A DNA stretch of 63,127 bases, filler included, from Cercozoa sp. M6MM (GCA_040357565.1; 10 parts of 10 records of this genome joined end to end with filler, not necessarily neighbours in it); one strand, 5' to 3'. Numbered from the whole stretch's first letter, positions 12,685 through 26,079 are shown. Notes: generated from the sequence alone by a model not told the origin. A program made the numbers and translations.

Positions 12685-15600
12685 ATGCGGTTAACGGTGC
12701 AGCAGCTGAGTGAGGCGTTTGACGCCAGCAATTTGCCGCGGCCAGATGCTGCGTCGGCGCAGAGAAGTGCGTCTGTTTCACTTGTTGGCGCTTTTTTCAT
12801 TTTTTTCCAACTGTTTTGCTCTTTGGCTTTTGGCATGTTAGTGTGTGTTAGTTCTCAAATGTGCCGAGGACTGTGGGTTACATGACATTGATGACATCAC
12901 ACTCAAGATCGAAACGCTGTCGTACAACAACCAGTGGCAGGTGCGGGAAACTCAAGAGGTCGTACTGTTGTGTGTTTTAACATGTCCCCTCGTACAGGAC
13001 GGCGACATGTTCACTGAAGCGGCGTTTGAGAAGATCAAGCAGCGTTTTCGTGCAGCGTTTGAGGAGGTAGGATCAGTGTTTAGTGGTTTAGCACGGCTAA
13101 ACGTCGTGTTTGTTGCAGAAGCAGGCGACGAAAGTGCCGTTGTCGCAGCAGCTTTTGCAAATGAAACAGCAGCAGCGCCAGCAAGGTTCGTTGGGGTTTG
13201 ACTTGATTTTGCTTTGATTGATTTTAATCAGTTGCATCCTTAAATTAAGCAGAAACGACGAAAGCGTCCTCGGTGACTCAAGCGCCTTCGACACCTTCCT
13301 CCCGCAGAGTACATTTGCCCCACTTCCTAACTCTTGGATCTATGGGCGAATTGGAAAATAGAGCACGAACTCTCGTGTGATGCGCACGCCGCTGCAGCGC
13401 AAATCACCTTCGACCCGGCGTTTTGCTGCTCGCACCAATGCCGTAGCTTTTGCTTTTTAAGTCTGCTTTGGGTCGTTATTGCTTTTTCGAAGGGCACGTC
13501 GGTGCTGTCGAATGTGGGTGCGAATTTGGGCTCTTTCGACTTGTCGAAACACGCAACGCTCGAGCCGACCGATCTCGGTAAATCTGAGTTCAGTTGAATC
13601 GCTTTGACCAGTGTCTTTGAGTTGAGTTGAGTTGGATTGCTTTGGGTTGAGTTGAGTTGAGTTGGATTCTTTGAGTTGAGTTGAGTTGAGTTGAGTTGAG
13701 TTGAGTTGAGTTGAGTTGAGCTGCTTGCAGACCGCCAATTGAGCTCGGTATCGGTGCTGCCGCCACCACCGACGAGACTGGAACGTATTCAAAAAATCGA
13801 TGCGTTGCACGGACGCAAGTACAGTTTATTTGACAATCTCAGACTCTTTTTTGTATTTTGGGTATGCGCGCGGACGCCTGGTTTTGCAGCACTGCCCTGA
13901 CAGACGATGTGGAGGTGTTGCGCGAGGATCAAGAATTGCTAGACCCTGCTCTGACGGGTGCTGGCTCGTCGCATGCTTTCACTCAATGCAACGGTCATCG
14001 CAACATTTTGAGCGACGAAAGCGACGTGAGAAACGACGATGAGAATAGCGGGTATTTTTGTGTTTCGTGCATTTAAACGTCCAATTGCACCGTTTGGTGG
14101 CTGCAGCAACCTGTGGATGTGGCAATTGGTCGGTGTCCGCGCGGCAGCAGCGTCGCAACGCGTGCGTTTACTGAAGCGACATTTGGCGCCGAAAGTATCG
14201 AAAACAGCGCGCTGCGATTTCGCGTTCGACGAGGACGACGTCGAAGCCGAGGCTGAGGAGGCCGGAACAAAGGAAGAAGCTTCTGCGAATGTTCCGCAGG
14301 AGGAATCAAGTCAGAAGCACGAGGAATCCGTGGATGCGCGACGCGTGTTTTCGCCGCTTCAGCGACGCTATGATTCGCTCGTTGCCGTGGTGTGTTTTCT
14401 TGTATCTTCCTGTCTGATTGATGATAGGAAAAATACGGATAATACGTGAAATACGAAAAAGCGTAGTGCGGTCGAGTGGCTGTGGAGGGTGACGATGATC
14501 TGGCGCCGCTGAATTCGCATTCAGTTTTGCTGGCGGCCGATACCGAAGAACGTGCGCGCACCGATCGCGCTGGCAATGGTGCTTTACCCCTTTACCCTTC
14601 CCAGCTTGCCCTGCCCCTTACCCTTCCCCTCTTGCCCCCGCCCCTTGCCATTTACCTCCCTTACCCCCCCCCCCCCCCCAGAGGCACAAGCTTTTGTGAA
14701 AATCGATATGTCGGGCGTCAAGTCGAATGTGCGACTTTTCCCGGGACAAACAATAGCAGTACACTCTACTTTTCTTTATCCCCCTTCCCACCCAACAAGG
14801 TTGTTCGCGTCTGATCCAGGTGGAAGGCGTTTCGCCGCACTCGCGACAGACCTTCCGCGCCAAGCGAATTCTAACCGACGCTTCGTTGCCGCGTTTCGCT
14901 TTCTCGGTGCAGCACGCTGGTGTTTTGTCCCCTCTACCCCTTGCCCCCTTTGTTTGTACCCTTTGCTTGTACCCTGTCTCCTTTTACCCCCTTGAGCAGA
15001 CACACTGAATCAGATTAATCAGCAGCAGCAAAACGCCAAACGTCCGACTACTATCATGGTTGCCCCTTACCCCTTGCACCTTTACCCTTTTTCCCTTACA
15101 TCTTGCCCCTTTACCCCCACAGACAGCGGCCGGACCTTTCTTTTTCAAAGACGCCGTCGATGGCGGCATTGTGTACGCCGAGTCGCCGTTTGAGGTACCG
15201 ATACATACTGGTGGGGCTGTTTCTGTGGGTACACACATATGTGTCCATATGGACCGACTCAGGCTCTGGCTCAAGAGGCCGGTCGACGTCGTCCTGATGT
15301 GTACCCCTTGCGTTATACCCCTAGCCCGCCCCTTTACCCCCCTCCCCCCTGTGTAGTCTGATCCTGTCGGGTCCCTTCCTGACGATGGCGATGGCGGAGC
15401 GTGCCAACGGTACAGTGGGTGCGAATGTATCCGCGCGGACACATTGGGTCTATGCTTGATGTGTGTGGTGACAGGTGACCCGGACCGACTGCTGGAGAGT
15501 ATGCTGGAGGCCTTCCTGACGACAGTGCGCAAGGCGCAGGTGGGCGAATCTGCCGATACACTGGCGCAGACGCACGTGGTGCTGCTGCCGGCGCAGAGCG

Positions 15601-16274
15601 ACGTGGCGCATAGTGTGCCCGTGTTCCCACAGCCGGCCTTTGCACCGTCGCTGGGCCAGGCACTGCGCACGTGTCGTGTACCTGTGACACTGGCGGCTAA
15701 CCCGTGTCAACTGCTGCTGGGAAGTGGTGTCACCGTGTGCGCCAGCTCACTGGACGCTCTGTCGCTCATGCGACGTCACACGCTGCTGCACCAGTCGACC
15801 TCCTCTGCCTCTGCCTCTTCTGACCAGTCGACTGACCAGATGGACCGACAGCAGCTGCTGTGCGAGTGCATGCTCGAACAGCAGTCGGTGCTGCCGCTGC
15901 AGGAGAGTTTCGCGCCCTCCAGTCGGCACGCCGGTGTGAGCTTCGCCGCCGCGCGTGCGCACCTGTGCGACCTGTCACACACGCCCGACCTGCTTCTGAC
16001 GCCCTCGCTGGCCGAGGCCTTCGCGAAACGCACGCGCTACGACTGCGTCGCCGTCAATCCCTCCTTCCTCGTCAAGAGCGGCGTCGCTTCGGCGCGATAC
16101 GCGTAGCCTCACTTTCTCCTTGCTATATGTCCAGACCACCGCCCCCCGGAATACCCTGCCTATAGTTGGATAACGGTACATCCGGCCAGCGACGCCGCCA
16201 AAACGCTGCCGGACGGTCGTGTTGTTACGCCTTCCGTCGCTGCACGCACGCGCGTCGATCTCGTGCGCATCTAG
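12685..16274 (+). CDS. POLA2: DNA polymerase alpha subunit B
   Basis: LFPGQTIAV, TAAGPF, PDVLILSGPF, VFPQPAF, LAANPC, PDLLLTPS..FAK..VAVNPSFLVK and C-terminal RTRVDLVRI-stop, typical of the pol alpha B phosphoesterase-like domain. Confidence 0.88.
13617..13720 (+). repeat. Intronic (TTGAG)n microsatellite
   Basis: Direct reading; lies on the sense strand in a POLA2 intron. Confidence 0.9.
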
Positions 16275-16731
16275 CCTCGGCTGCTCACTCGTGCTATAGA
16301 TAGCAAGAATAGTATGCACCTATTGGATCGTTCGTTATTTGCGTACGATAGTATTTTTGCACCGATGATACTCTGCTGCGCTGGTACGGTCGTGGAGTCT
16401 GACGTGATAGGTGTATAAGTTAGTGTTAAGTAGCAGCACGCAAATCGCAAACCGTAAATGACTGTACTGCCCAGTGGTCAGGTGACTGTACTAGGCGGTG
16501 CAACTATCGGCCGGACTCGGCTGAGCCAAAAATAGTTCTTGCGGAATGCGAACTGCGAATTACAGCGAACGTGCAGCTGCATCAGCGAGCGACACTTCCA
16601 AGTCTCGCACTTTTGGCGAAACCGCCGCCTCTAAATAAAGGAACATAACCGTGCCTCCCCTGTGTTTTTCCTTTCGCTGTTTAAAGAAAGTACAGTTAAC
16701 TTCGTTGCCGAAACCCTTCCGCAAAGTCACG

Positions 16732-17287
16732 ATGCGTCTGTTGCTTTTGGTCGTTGCCCTCGTTGCTACTGTGAATTCAATTTCGCTGCTCTTTCGCACT
16801 TTCTTGACATCCGACCTCCTTGGTTTAGAGCACGGCAAGTGCTCGTGAAGATGACAACTGTTGCTGCCGAGGCGTGGAGCATTCCACTGGTACAGTTCAC
16901 GCCGGTTACCTTCCTGCTCCTCATTGGTTGCGACAATACATTGGCACGGCAATTGAGCAGGCTGGTACCCGTCGAGACCGTGTGCTAGCGGCCCCAGATG
17001 CAATCCCGTACGATCTACGAGAAATTTAAATCTGCTGTGTCTCATTGTTTGTCGGTGTTTGGTTCTGCCAGACGTTCAAGAAAGCAGAGTGCAAGATCTG
17101 CTGTGGTCTGGGCTACGTCCTGCTCGTGCCAGGTACCTTCCCGTCCGTGGGTTTGTCTGTAAATCAGAGCGCATTTTGATTGTCTCGACTCTGCGCAGAA
17201 CTCGGACAACAGCGAGTTCGACGTTGCCGTGTGCCGCTGTATTCCGAAGGTGAGCGACGAGTAGGACTGACAGTGGCAGCACTGTAG
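16732..17287 (+). CDS. Small secreted cysteine-rich protein (~100 aa, 5 exons)
   Basis: Four GT-AG introns join MRLLLLVVALVAT|STASAREDDNCCCRGVEHST|GWYPSRPCASGPRCNP|TFKKAECKICCGLGYVLLVP|ELGQQRVRRCRVPLYSEGERRVGLTVAAL. Frame of the last exon is less certain. Confidence 0.6.
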
Positions 17288-17917
17288 GCGCACAAGCACA
17301 TGACGACTCAACGCTTTCGCAGCGTCAACTGAAGCTAGTGACTGCGCATTTACCGATCGTGTAACTTGACTGAATGACAGTCTGACAACCTAATTTAGAT
17401 TTAAGTCTTTTCAGTGGCGCAAGGCAGCGAAACTAATTGACGTTAGTCCAGCACTAGTCCGACCGGTCCAGTCTACTGAACGGAAGAGCGAAAAATAATC
17501 GAACTGCAGGTTTCAAACAACGCTTTTACTGTGAGTTCTGAAGCCTGTTCAACCAAGATCAAACATCTATTCGTCCTAAGGCAGAATTCTCAGAGCACGC
17601 TCACTGACGCTCAGCAAGGGGTTTTTGTTGACAACTTCCAGTTTTGCTGCCAATCACTCACTGCAATGAAGAGGCACAGCTGAAGTTCTGGCAATTAAAC
17701 TTAACTGTCTGTTTAGACTGTAAACTTACTTAACTTGGACAGATTAACAGTAGACGCTGTACACAGAGTGAGATAATTCAAAAAGAGCGATTGCAATTGC
17801 AAAAGCCGATACTACAGAGGCTGTCCGCTGGTTAGTGCAGCGTTTCTTCAGGGGGGGGGGGGGGAGAGGGTACAGTCAAGAGACGTGATGTACGTTCAGT
17901 TCGAGGGGCGGAAGCAG

Positions 17918-18017
17918 NNNNNNNNNNNNNNNNNNNNNNNNNNNNNNNNNNNNNNNNNNNNTTAATTAATTAANNNNNNNNNNNNNNNNNNNNNNNNNNN
18001 NNNNNNNNNNNNNNNNN
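17918..18017. other. Artificial contig linker N44-TTAATTAATTAA-N44 (first of nine)
   Basis: Identical 100-nt spacer with stops in all six frames, also at 21811, 35178, 41265, 44151, 50672, 53242, 56559 and 59579. Genes are cut off at these points. Confidence 0.97.
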
Positions 18018-18066
<49 letters not shown>

Positions 18067-18089
18067 CCTGATTGCTCCGTCTTGCGCAG

Positions 18090-20748
18090 GTGGCTCCGAT
18101 TTTGCGTCGAAAGTCGGCATTCGTCTCATTGTGAATTTACAACTGCAGCTTCATTGATTTGTGTCAATGTAGTAAAATGGCTTGCTGACAGCACGCGCAA
18201 GATGGTGTCACGTGGTGGCGTTTCCGGAGTGCACCGTGTGTTGACACAACATCCGCTCGTTGTAAATTGACATCCTACCAGTGCCCTCGGATTTTTCTGT
18301 GCCGCTGGGGATCCTTGGTGTTGTAGCGCAACAGTGACTGGCTTCGGTACCACAGTGAACGGGACGAGTCGCTCGCTTTGTTCTTGGTACAACACTACCC
18401 TAAGGTACTCCTGGCATTGAATGGGCAACTGTTCAGCTTGCATGCAACGACGACGTCTTCCCGCGCCACGACGCGATGAATCTACTTCCGCGCTTTCGAC
18501 CGGTAAGTTTAAAAATACACTTTGCCTCAAGATTATTTGTGTTTTAGGAGATTTGCGACTTGGTTCGCAAGGCCATCTTGGAGAGCGACTTCGCAGTGAT
18601 TGCGCTTTCTGTGTGTGTTTGTGTGTGTTTGTGGGTTTATTTCGTTTAATTTACCGTGGTAGACTGTCGATCGAATTGAACCGCGTCTCACCGTTGCCGC
18701 CTTTTGGCGCGAGGTAATTTAGTGTGAATGCTTATCTTGTGTCGGTACACCATTAGCTGACTTGGCGCTCTGCACAGCTATCGATACTGTGCGCGGCGAA
18801 GTGCGGCTTGCATGGAGACACTCGGCAGCGCTTGGGTACATTTGCTTTCTTCCGTCTCAATATAGTTTATACGACTCAGCAGTACTAGGTCCTTTGATTT
18901 TTGATGCCCTCGTCTGCAGAAAGAGCAAGAGAAATGGTGCACCAGCACGCGACGCTTGGACCTGTTTGGGAGCGACTTGACTCGTCTGTCACACGCATTA
19001 CCCGTGCTTCGACCGAGCGGAGCATCAACATCGGGCGTGTTGTTGGTATGAGTGAACTCTGTATATATCTTCGTTTTGTATATATCTTTGCGTCGTTGTA
19101 GTTTTCCTGTCGACTTTAGACGCTTTCCGGTACTGTTTTGCCACAAAATGTGAAATGTGGCTTCACCAATTTGCGCTATTTCGCAGTTCGCTGACTCGTG
19201 CACTGGAACAAGGCGCGACGTGCTATCTGCCTTGCCAGGTGCCTCCAGTCTTTGCTTTCTGTAGTTCACGGGCCTGGCTGAGCGTGTGTGCTCGATTTGA
19301 TGTTTGGAACAGCCGGAGGACACAACAGCAATGGCTATCCGTGCACTCGGCGGTCGTTGGGTATTGTTTCCCAAAGCACACAGCGTTTTGTTAATGTACT
19401 CTACACGCAGTACCTATGTCCCAATGGGCACGAGTACCACGTCGATGCATGCGGCCGACCGATGGAGACTCTCAATTGGTATTAAACTTATCAACTTCGT
19501 GTATAGACATACCCACTTTCGGACGCTGTTCGTGTCACCAGTTTGGAGTGTGGCGCGTCGATCGGCGGAAACAACCACAACTTGCTTGCCAGCAACGTTG
19601 ACGTTGACTCGGAGCTTCGTGGTATCACATTTAGTTCTCGCCGGTCGGAAGCTTTGACAGATGATTCACTGTGACAAATAATCTGTGTCACTTGCTCAGG
19701 TTCTGCTGAGTACTTTCGGAGAAGCCGAGTGCGTGATTCCTCTCCCAAGGGGTACGGATGCTGTCGATGCAATTAATCTGTCTGACACACAATCATCGCA
19801 CACCCGTGGACAGGTATGCTCCGGAGTCGCTGCAGCAGGAGCAGCAGGCTGGCGAGGCGTTGTCAGTGCGCGGTCTGCCCACGATGGTACTTTTTTTGTA
19901 AATATTTAAGCATCATGATTGTGAACTGAATGTAGTCTTTCCGTGTGATGCGCATCCTGCTGCACAGTCTTCTGTGTCTCAGGTACGGTTACGTTGAAGA
20001 TCTCTGCCCCGTTGATTTTGAGTTCTTGCAGTGAGCACAAGCAAACGTATTTGCAACGCGATCTTCAGCTGCGTCTTGAAGGTCTGTGATCCTTCTCGGT
20101 GCGCTTTCCTTTTTTCATCGGATCTGTCTCTTGTAGAGGACTGGCGAGTATTACACGAGATCACGACTCTGTCCTACGAGGTATTTGTCAAATTGGTTTC
20201 ACTTTCCTGACTCAATTGACGACTTGTACTGACTATAAGTTTCCTGGACTGTTTGCTTTGATGCTAGGAGTTGGGCCTTCGAGTGCAGCATTTCCTGAGC
20301 ACTTTCCGAGATCCCGATATCTCGTTGACAACACTTGAAGGCGTAAGTTTTCTTCCATTGTGTGCGTTCTTGCCTTTCCCATATGCTGATTTGGCTGAAT
20401 GTGTGGTTGCAGCGCGCCGAGTGGGAACGTCGAGTCGCCTTGCAAGTGGACTCGGCGTGGTCTGTGGAGATGAGTGTGTTGGTCAGCACGTATGAACCCA
20501 AAGAGATCGACGACCGCACATCGCTGCGCGATGAGAGTATCTTCGCGCAGAAACTCGTCGGAAATGTCACGGTATATACGGTGCCGGTGTACCATGTATT
20601 TACACACCATTTCCTGGGGAGCAGGAACGCTCGGTGTACACCGTCAGGCAGCGTGCTCGAGTTGAAGACATCCAGAGACATCTGAGTGTACTGTCTACAT
20701 TCACTTGTTTTTTTTTTTGCCTTGTGTGCGTGTGTGTGTGCGTGTGTG

Positions 20749-20797
<49 letters not shown>

Positions 20798-21716
20798 AAC
20801 TTTTTCAATTTATCTCGCTGCCTGTGTGCCCAGTTCCAGTCGGAAGAGAGGCGCACGCAACTCCAGCTTTTGTGTCGCTTCTGCGACCAGCTCGACCTGT
20901 TGGTATCGGGTTCTGTTTTTACTTATACTGACTGCGCCCACCAAAGTGAACAAGTGCTGCAGTCGGCTTTGTCGCACTTGTCGTCGGCGTTCGCTGTCAT
21001 GCACGCCGCGTACAAGCGGTACACCTTTCTTAGCCAGGTGCCATGCAGTACTTCGACGTTTCCTCTCACTCTCTTAGATACGATCGCCGCGTCTCGCAGG
21101 TCACGGTACAACATTAAGATTGACGATCATGCTAGAGTTTTATGTCCCATCTGCTCAGGCTCGCGCATTTAAAGTGGGTGATCTGATTGCTGACGAAGGA
21201 ATGCAGAGTCAGTTCGAAGGTACTAAAGCTGCCTTGACTTGTGGGTAGTGAATATACCGAGAGTGTCGCTTCCATTTTTTCACTCGCATGGTGGTTGCAA
21301 CGCAGGTTTCTGCCGCGCCTGGAACACGATTTGGCCTCATGGTGGGCTTGCTTTCTTCTTCACTGTGGGGGGAGTGATGTTGTGTGTGTGCTATGTAGTC
21401 GATCGATACGAGTGCCGCGAACTGCCTCAGCAGTACAAAGACATGACGATGGACGAAAGCGTCAAGTTGGCCTTTGTCTTGCCCTGTGAGAAAGATGAGG
21501 TATCGCTTACAGCGTCGTTAATCTATGTTATGATTTATACTTTGAAAGGGCATCTGCGCGCTTGCTGCAATGGGATACCTCGCTGACTTGCACAATTGGG
21601 TAGTTCTGTGCATGCAGGTGTACATGCCGGTTTTTCGTATGTCCAATATTTTCTAGTATGTCGAGGCGGCTCGCGGACTGTTGAGCGAGGAGAACGACGA
21701 GAATCCTGTCGCGAGC
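18090..21716 (+). CDS. RNF213/mysterin-like E3 ubiquitin ligase, C-terminal part with RZ-type zinc finger (partial at both ends)
   Basis: YLCPNGHEYHVDACGRPMETLNC|LECGASIGGNNHNLLASN is an RZ finger. Downstream FCRAWN and LAFVLPCEKDE|GICALAAMGYLADLHNW resemble the RNF213 C-terminal region rather than ZNFX1. Confidence 0.8.
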
Positions 21717-21761
21717 GTATTCACTGTTCACAATTGCTTTGTATTCGTGTAAACGTGTATG

Positions 21762-21810
<49 letters not shown>

Positions 21811-21977
21811 NNNNNNNNNNNNNNNNNNNNNNNNNNNNNNNNNNNNNNNNNNNNTTAATTAATTAANNNNNNNNNNNNNNNNNNNNNNNNNNNNNNNNNN
21901 NNNNNNNNNNGCCTGCTCCGATGGTAGGGATGCTTACCCCCCTCTACCCTGCACTTACCCCCCCCCCCGCCCTGCAG

Positions 21978-24900
21978 ACCAGCTACTATGACTACGATGA
22001 GGAGAACGACACCGAGTCGATGGACGACGAGGACGACGGCCGCGACACTCGGCGGCGCCGGCGGCACGCATCGAGGGTAGTCTTAACCCCACCCCCACCC
22101 TTGCCCTTACCCTCCGGTGAGACAGGGCATGACGATGAGTATGATGACGGACGAACTGGGCGCTCTGTCGGACAGCGAAGTTTCGCACCCTGCCCACGGA
22201 CACATGGGCGTTGTGCAGACCCTGGTAGGCTCCCTTCACATCCTTTCTTGTCCCTTACCCCCCCCCGCGGGGGGGGGGGGGGGGGGGAGTCACGGAGGAG
22301 GAAAAAGCGCGTCTCTCGCGCGTTTTTGTCGAAGAACGCTACTTTCCNNNNNNNNNNNNNNNNNNNNNNNNNNNNNNNNNNNNNNNNNNNNNNNNNNNNN
22401 NNNNNNNNNNNNNNNNNNNNNNNNNNNNNNNNNNNNNNNNNNNNNNNTGTGTGTGTTTACCCCCCCCCCCCTCCCTCCTTGGAAAGCTTGTTGTGTCACA
22501 GGAGACAGTGCGTCAGTTGGCGCACGATTTTGAACGAACCGAGAAGAGCATTCAGCAATGGTATTGACTCTTACCCCCCTCCCGTACCCTTACTTCCCCC
22601 GGGGGGACAGGTTTGCAAGGCAGCGCTCGGCACAGGGCATTCGCAAGAGCACGCTGCGGCACCACCTGATCAAGAACGGCATGCTGGACGAGGACGAGTC
22701 GCTGCATGAGGTCGGTCTCGGCGTCACAACACGGCGACGTGCACGTCGGTACTATTCGTCCGTACAGACAGGTCCATGTGGACTGACACATTTGAACTAA
22801 CAGGTCGCGTCGCGAGGACGCAGCGCGCGACGAGCTGGACTCGTGCGGCGAGTCAGACGAGGCGCACGACGACGTGTCGCTCGCCGAGTCATCGCGCTCG
22901 CTGCGCAGTCACCGGCGCGGTAGCTTTTGCCCCCTCCCCCTCTTCCTCTTACCCCCCCCCCCAGTGCCACACGGCATGGCAGCAGTAGACGATGAGGAGG
23001 ACACGTCGCTGTACGTGCGCGAGGCCTCAACCACAGGCGACTCGGTGTCGGTGTACACCACTGAGAGAGCCTCGGCTGACGTTGCTGGCCAGGAGACTAC
23101 CAATTCAGAGGAGGCGAAACCCAACGCTGAGAAAAAGAAGAAGAAACGCCGACAGGAGGATATTACCACTGCCGATAATTATGTTGATTTCGCCACTCTG
23201 GAACAGGTACTGCGACCTTACCCTCCACGCCCTCCCATCTTACCCTCTTACCCTCTGCCGGTAGATCGGCATCCTAGAGGGCGACGAGGAGGAGTACGGC
23301 GGCCGCACGCGCAAGCGCAACAAGCGGCCGACACTGAACTCGTTCTATCAGAAGGCGCGTCTGTCGAACTTTGACAAATGCTACACAGGCGTGCCGCCCA
23401 GTGCCAATGTAGGCTTTATTCCTCTCCCACATACACCCTCTGCTTAAGCCCCCCCCCCCCCCCGCAGGACGCCGAGTTCTGGCAAACGACAGGCCTGAAT
23501 AACCTGGGTCAGTCGTGCTTCTTCAACGCGCTGCTGCAGCTACTGCTGGGCACTCCGGTGCTGTGCCAGGCCGTGCTGCAGGCGTGCGATGACGCGCTGC
23601 CCGACGACTGCGACGACCGGCTGGCGCGGCGTACCGAGCAGTGGCGTGCCAAACTCAAGGCCGTTCTCGTCGAGATTCTGCGCCGTCGGCAGCACTCGCG
23701 CCACTACGTGCGCGACGACGGTACTGCGTGGCTTACCCCTCCCGTCCCACCCCTTTACCCCCCCCCCTGCAGTGGCAGCAGCAGGTCCAACGCCAGTACC
23801 GGGTTGTCCCGACCGGAAGGACGTGCCGGCGGCACCGTCCGGCAAACCCAAGTCGCGCACGCCGGCCGCCTCGTTAGAACGCTCGCTGGCACGCAAGCTT
23901 GAGCAGTTGGTACACTGTGTGTGTCCATTTGTACCACTGTATTTAGTTAAGGGTACGGTGCATGTGTGTGTGGGTAGATGAGAGACACGATACTGGCCAT
24001 GGACTTTGACCCGGAGGAGCAGGACGACGCTGCCGTGGCTTTGCACATGATGCTGGACCTGCCTTCGTATAGTTGCTTTGTAGCCGTGTATCTGTGTGTA
24101 TGGATGTGTGCGTGTGTGTTTGTATGCAGTGTGCATGTGTGTGTGTGTGTGTGTGTATGCATGTGTGTGTATGCATGTGCATGTGTGTGTGTGTATGCGC
24201 GAACAGACCGGCATTGGACGTGGCGGCCATGCGCGTGCTGCGCACCTACGTGTACAACCAGCGCATGCGCGGCGTGGTGGAACAGAGTGACGAGGGCGTG
24301 CGGTGCTGGCACCTGCGTCTGCAGGGCCCGCAGAAGAGCCTCGAGGAGGCGCTGCAGACGCACCTCACGCGCAAGCACGAGGTCGACCGCCGCGTGCGCA
24401 CAGGGTCCTCCACCGGCCTGCTGGGCAGCTGCACGATGCACACGCAGGTCACGGGCCTGCCTGGTGTGCTCATTGTCACTCTCGACCGTGGTCGCATGCA
24501 CTCGCCTGCCGCTGCTCGTGCTGCCCTCTCTGGCTGTGTACCCCTGCCCTAACCCCATACACCATGCTCCCTTAGATACCCCGACTCCCCACATACCCTA
24601 CTTCACCGTACCCCATCCCCATACCTCCATCCCCAGGCGGCTGGATTCGGCGCTGCCGGCTTTGGCGGCTCGGCGGGCTTTGGCGGCTACCAAGGCGCCG
24701 GCGCCATGGGCATGATGGGCGTGCCTGGTGGGATAGGCATGAGTGGCATGGCAGCCGCGGCCTCGGCACTGTCGCTCAACACCAACACGTCGGCCGCCAA
24801 GAACCACCAGTTGCTCACGTACACCTCCACACACACACACACACACACCTCTACCCCTGCCCTATCCTGCCCTACCCTCCCCAGGTACCCAACGCAGCTG

Positions 24901-26079
24901 CGCCTAAACGACACGGCGTATCGACTGAACGCGGTAGTGGCGCACAAGGGCGCCCTGGACGGCGGGCACTATCTCAGCATCGTGCTGCATGGCGACAACT
25001 CGGACCGGTGCACCGTGTACGACGATAACTTCGTGTGTCTCTGCAAGACGAGCAAGGCACTCGAACTCACGTTCGGCGGCACGAGCGGTGCCTGGATGGC
25101 TTACATTCTCACCTACGTACGCGAGGACATGCCTGAACCACGCTTCCAGATCGACCAGCCGGAACCGAAACGTAGTTCTCCTATCCATGTAGTGATACTG
25201 ACTGATGAAAGGGGAGTTCTCTGTGCAGCCACAGTGCCACAGCGAATGTCGGCGGCGCCGCAGCGACGCGCGCGCCCGCTCGTGACCACTAAGCAGAGCG
25301 GCAACAATGACGACGACTCAACGAAACGCTTCGCGCGACTCACCAACCCTGGTACATGGGGTAGTATCTATGCATGTGTATGTGTGTTACCCCTTGTCCC
25401 TCCCCCAGGAGAGGGCACCAAGATCCACCTGACGTCGAAGCGACCGCGCGCGAGTCGGCGACGGCCTGGGAGGCGGCGACGCTTGGCGCGTCCGTCGCAG
25501 CTGCCGCTGCCGCCACCGACGCTGCACGAGGAGCTGCCGCAGCAGCATGCCGAGTTGCAGCAGCATCCACTGCCACATCAGCACCAGCAGCAACATCATC
25601 AGCATGAGCAACAACAGCACCATCAGCACCAGCAGCAACACCATCAGCATGAGCAGCACCAGGTAGTGCCAGTGACACCAATGCAGCCACCAATGCAGCC
25701 ACCGCAGGTGCCTTTACACCCTCCTGTGCATCCTACTGTACATCCACACCATGCACACCACGCACATCAACCCAACGTGCACCAGCAGCACCGGGCAGTG
25801 CAGTCGCACATGCATGCACAGCAGATCACACCGATGCAACATCACTTGCAACATCAACAGCACCAACGCCAACAGCACCAACAGCATCAACATCAACAGC
25901 AGCACCAACAGCACATGGCAACAATGCAGACCACAATGTCGTGGCCGATGGGCATGCTGCCGCCACCTGCCACCCTACAATCCCAAGTGCACCACCAGCT
26001 GCACCCGCAACAGCACAGTGCCGTGGTGCCTGCCTACGTGCCGCATATACCACCACGCCCGGCAAAACCGCCTCAGTAA
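21978..26079 (+). CDS. Ubiquitin-specific protease (peptidase C19) with H/Q/P-rich tail (5' partial)
   Basis: Cys box TGLNNLGQSCFFNALLQ, LPGVLIVTLDR, His box YRLNAVVAHKGALDGGHY and YDD; stop TAA at 26077-26079. Confidence 0.88.
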
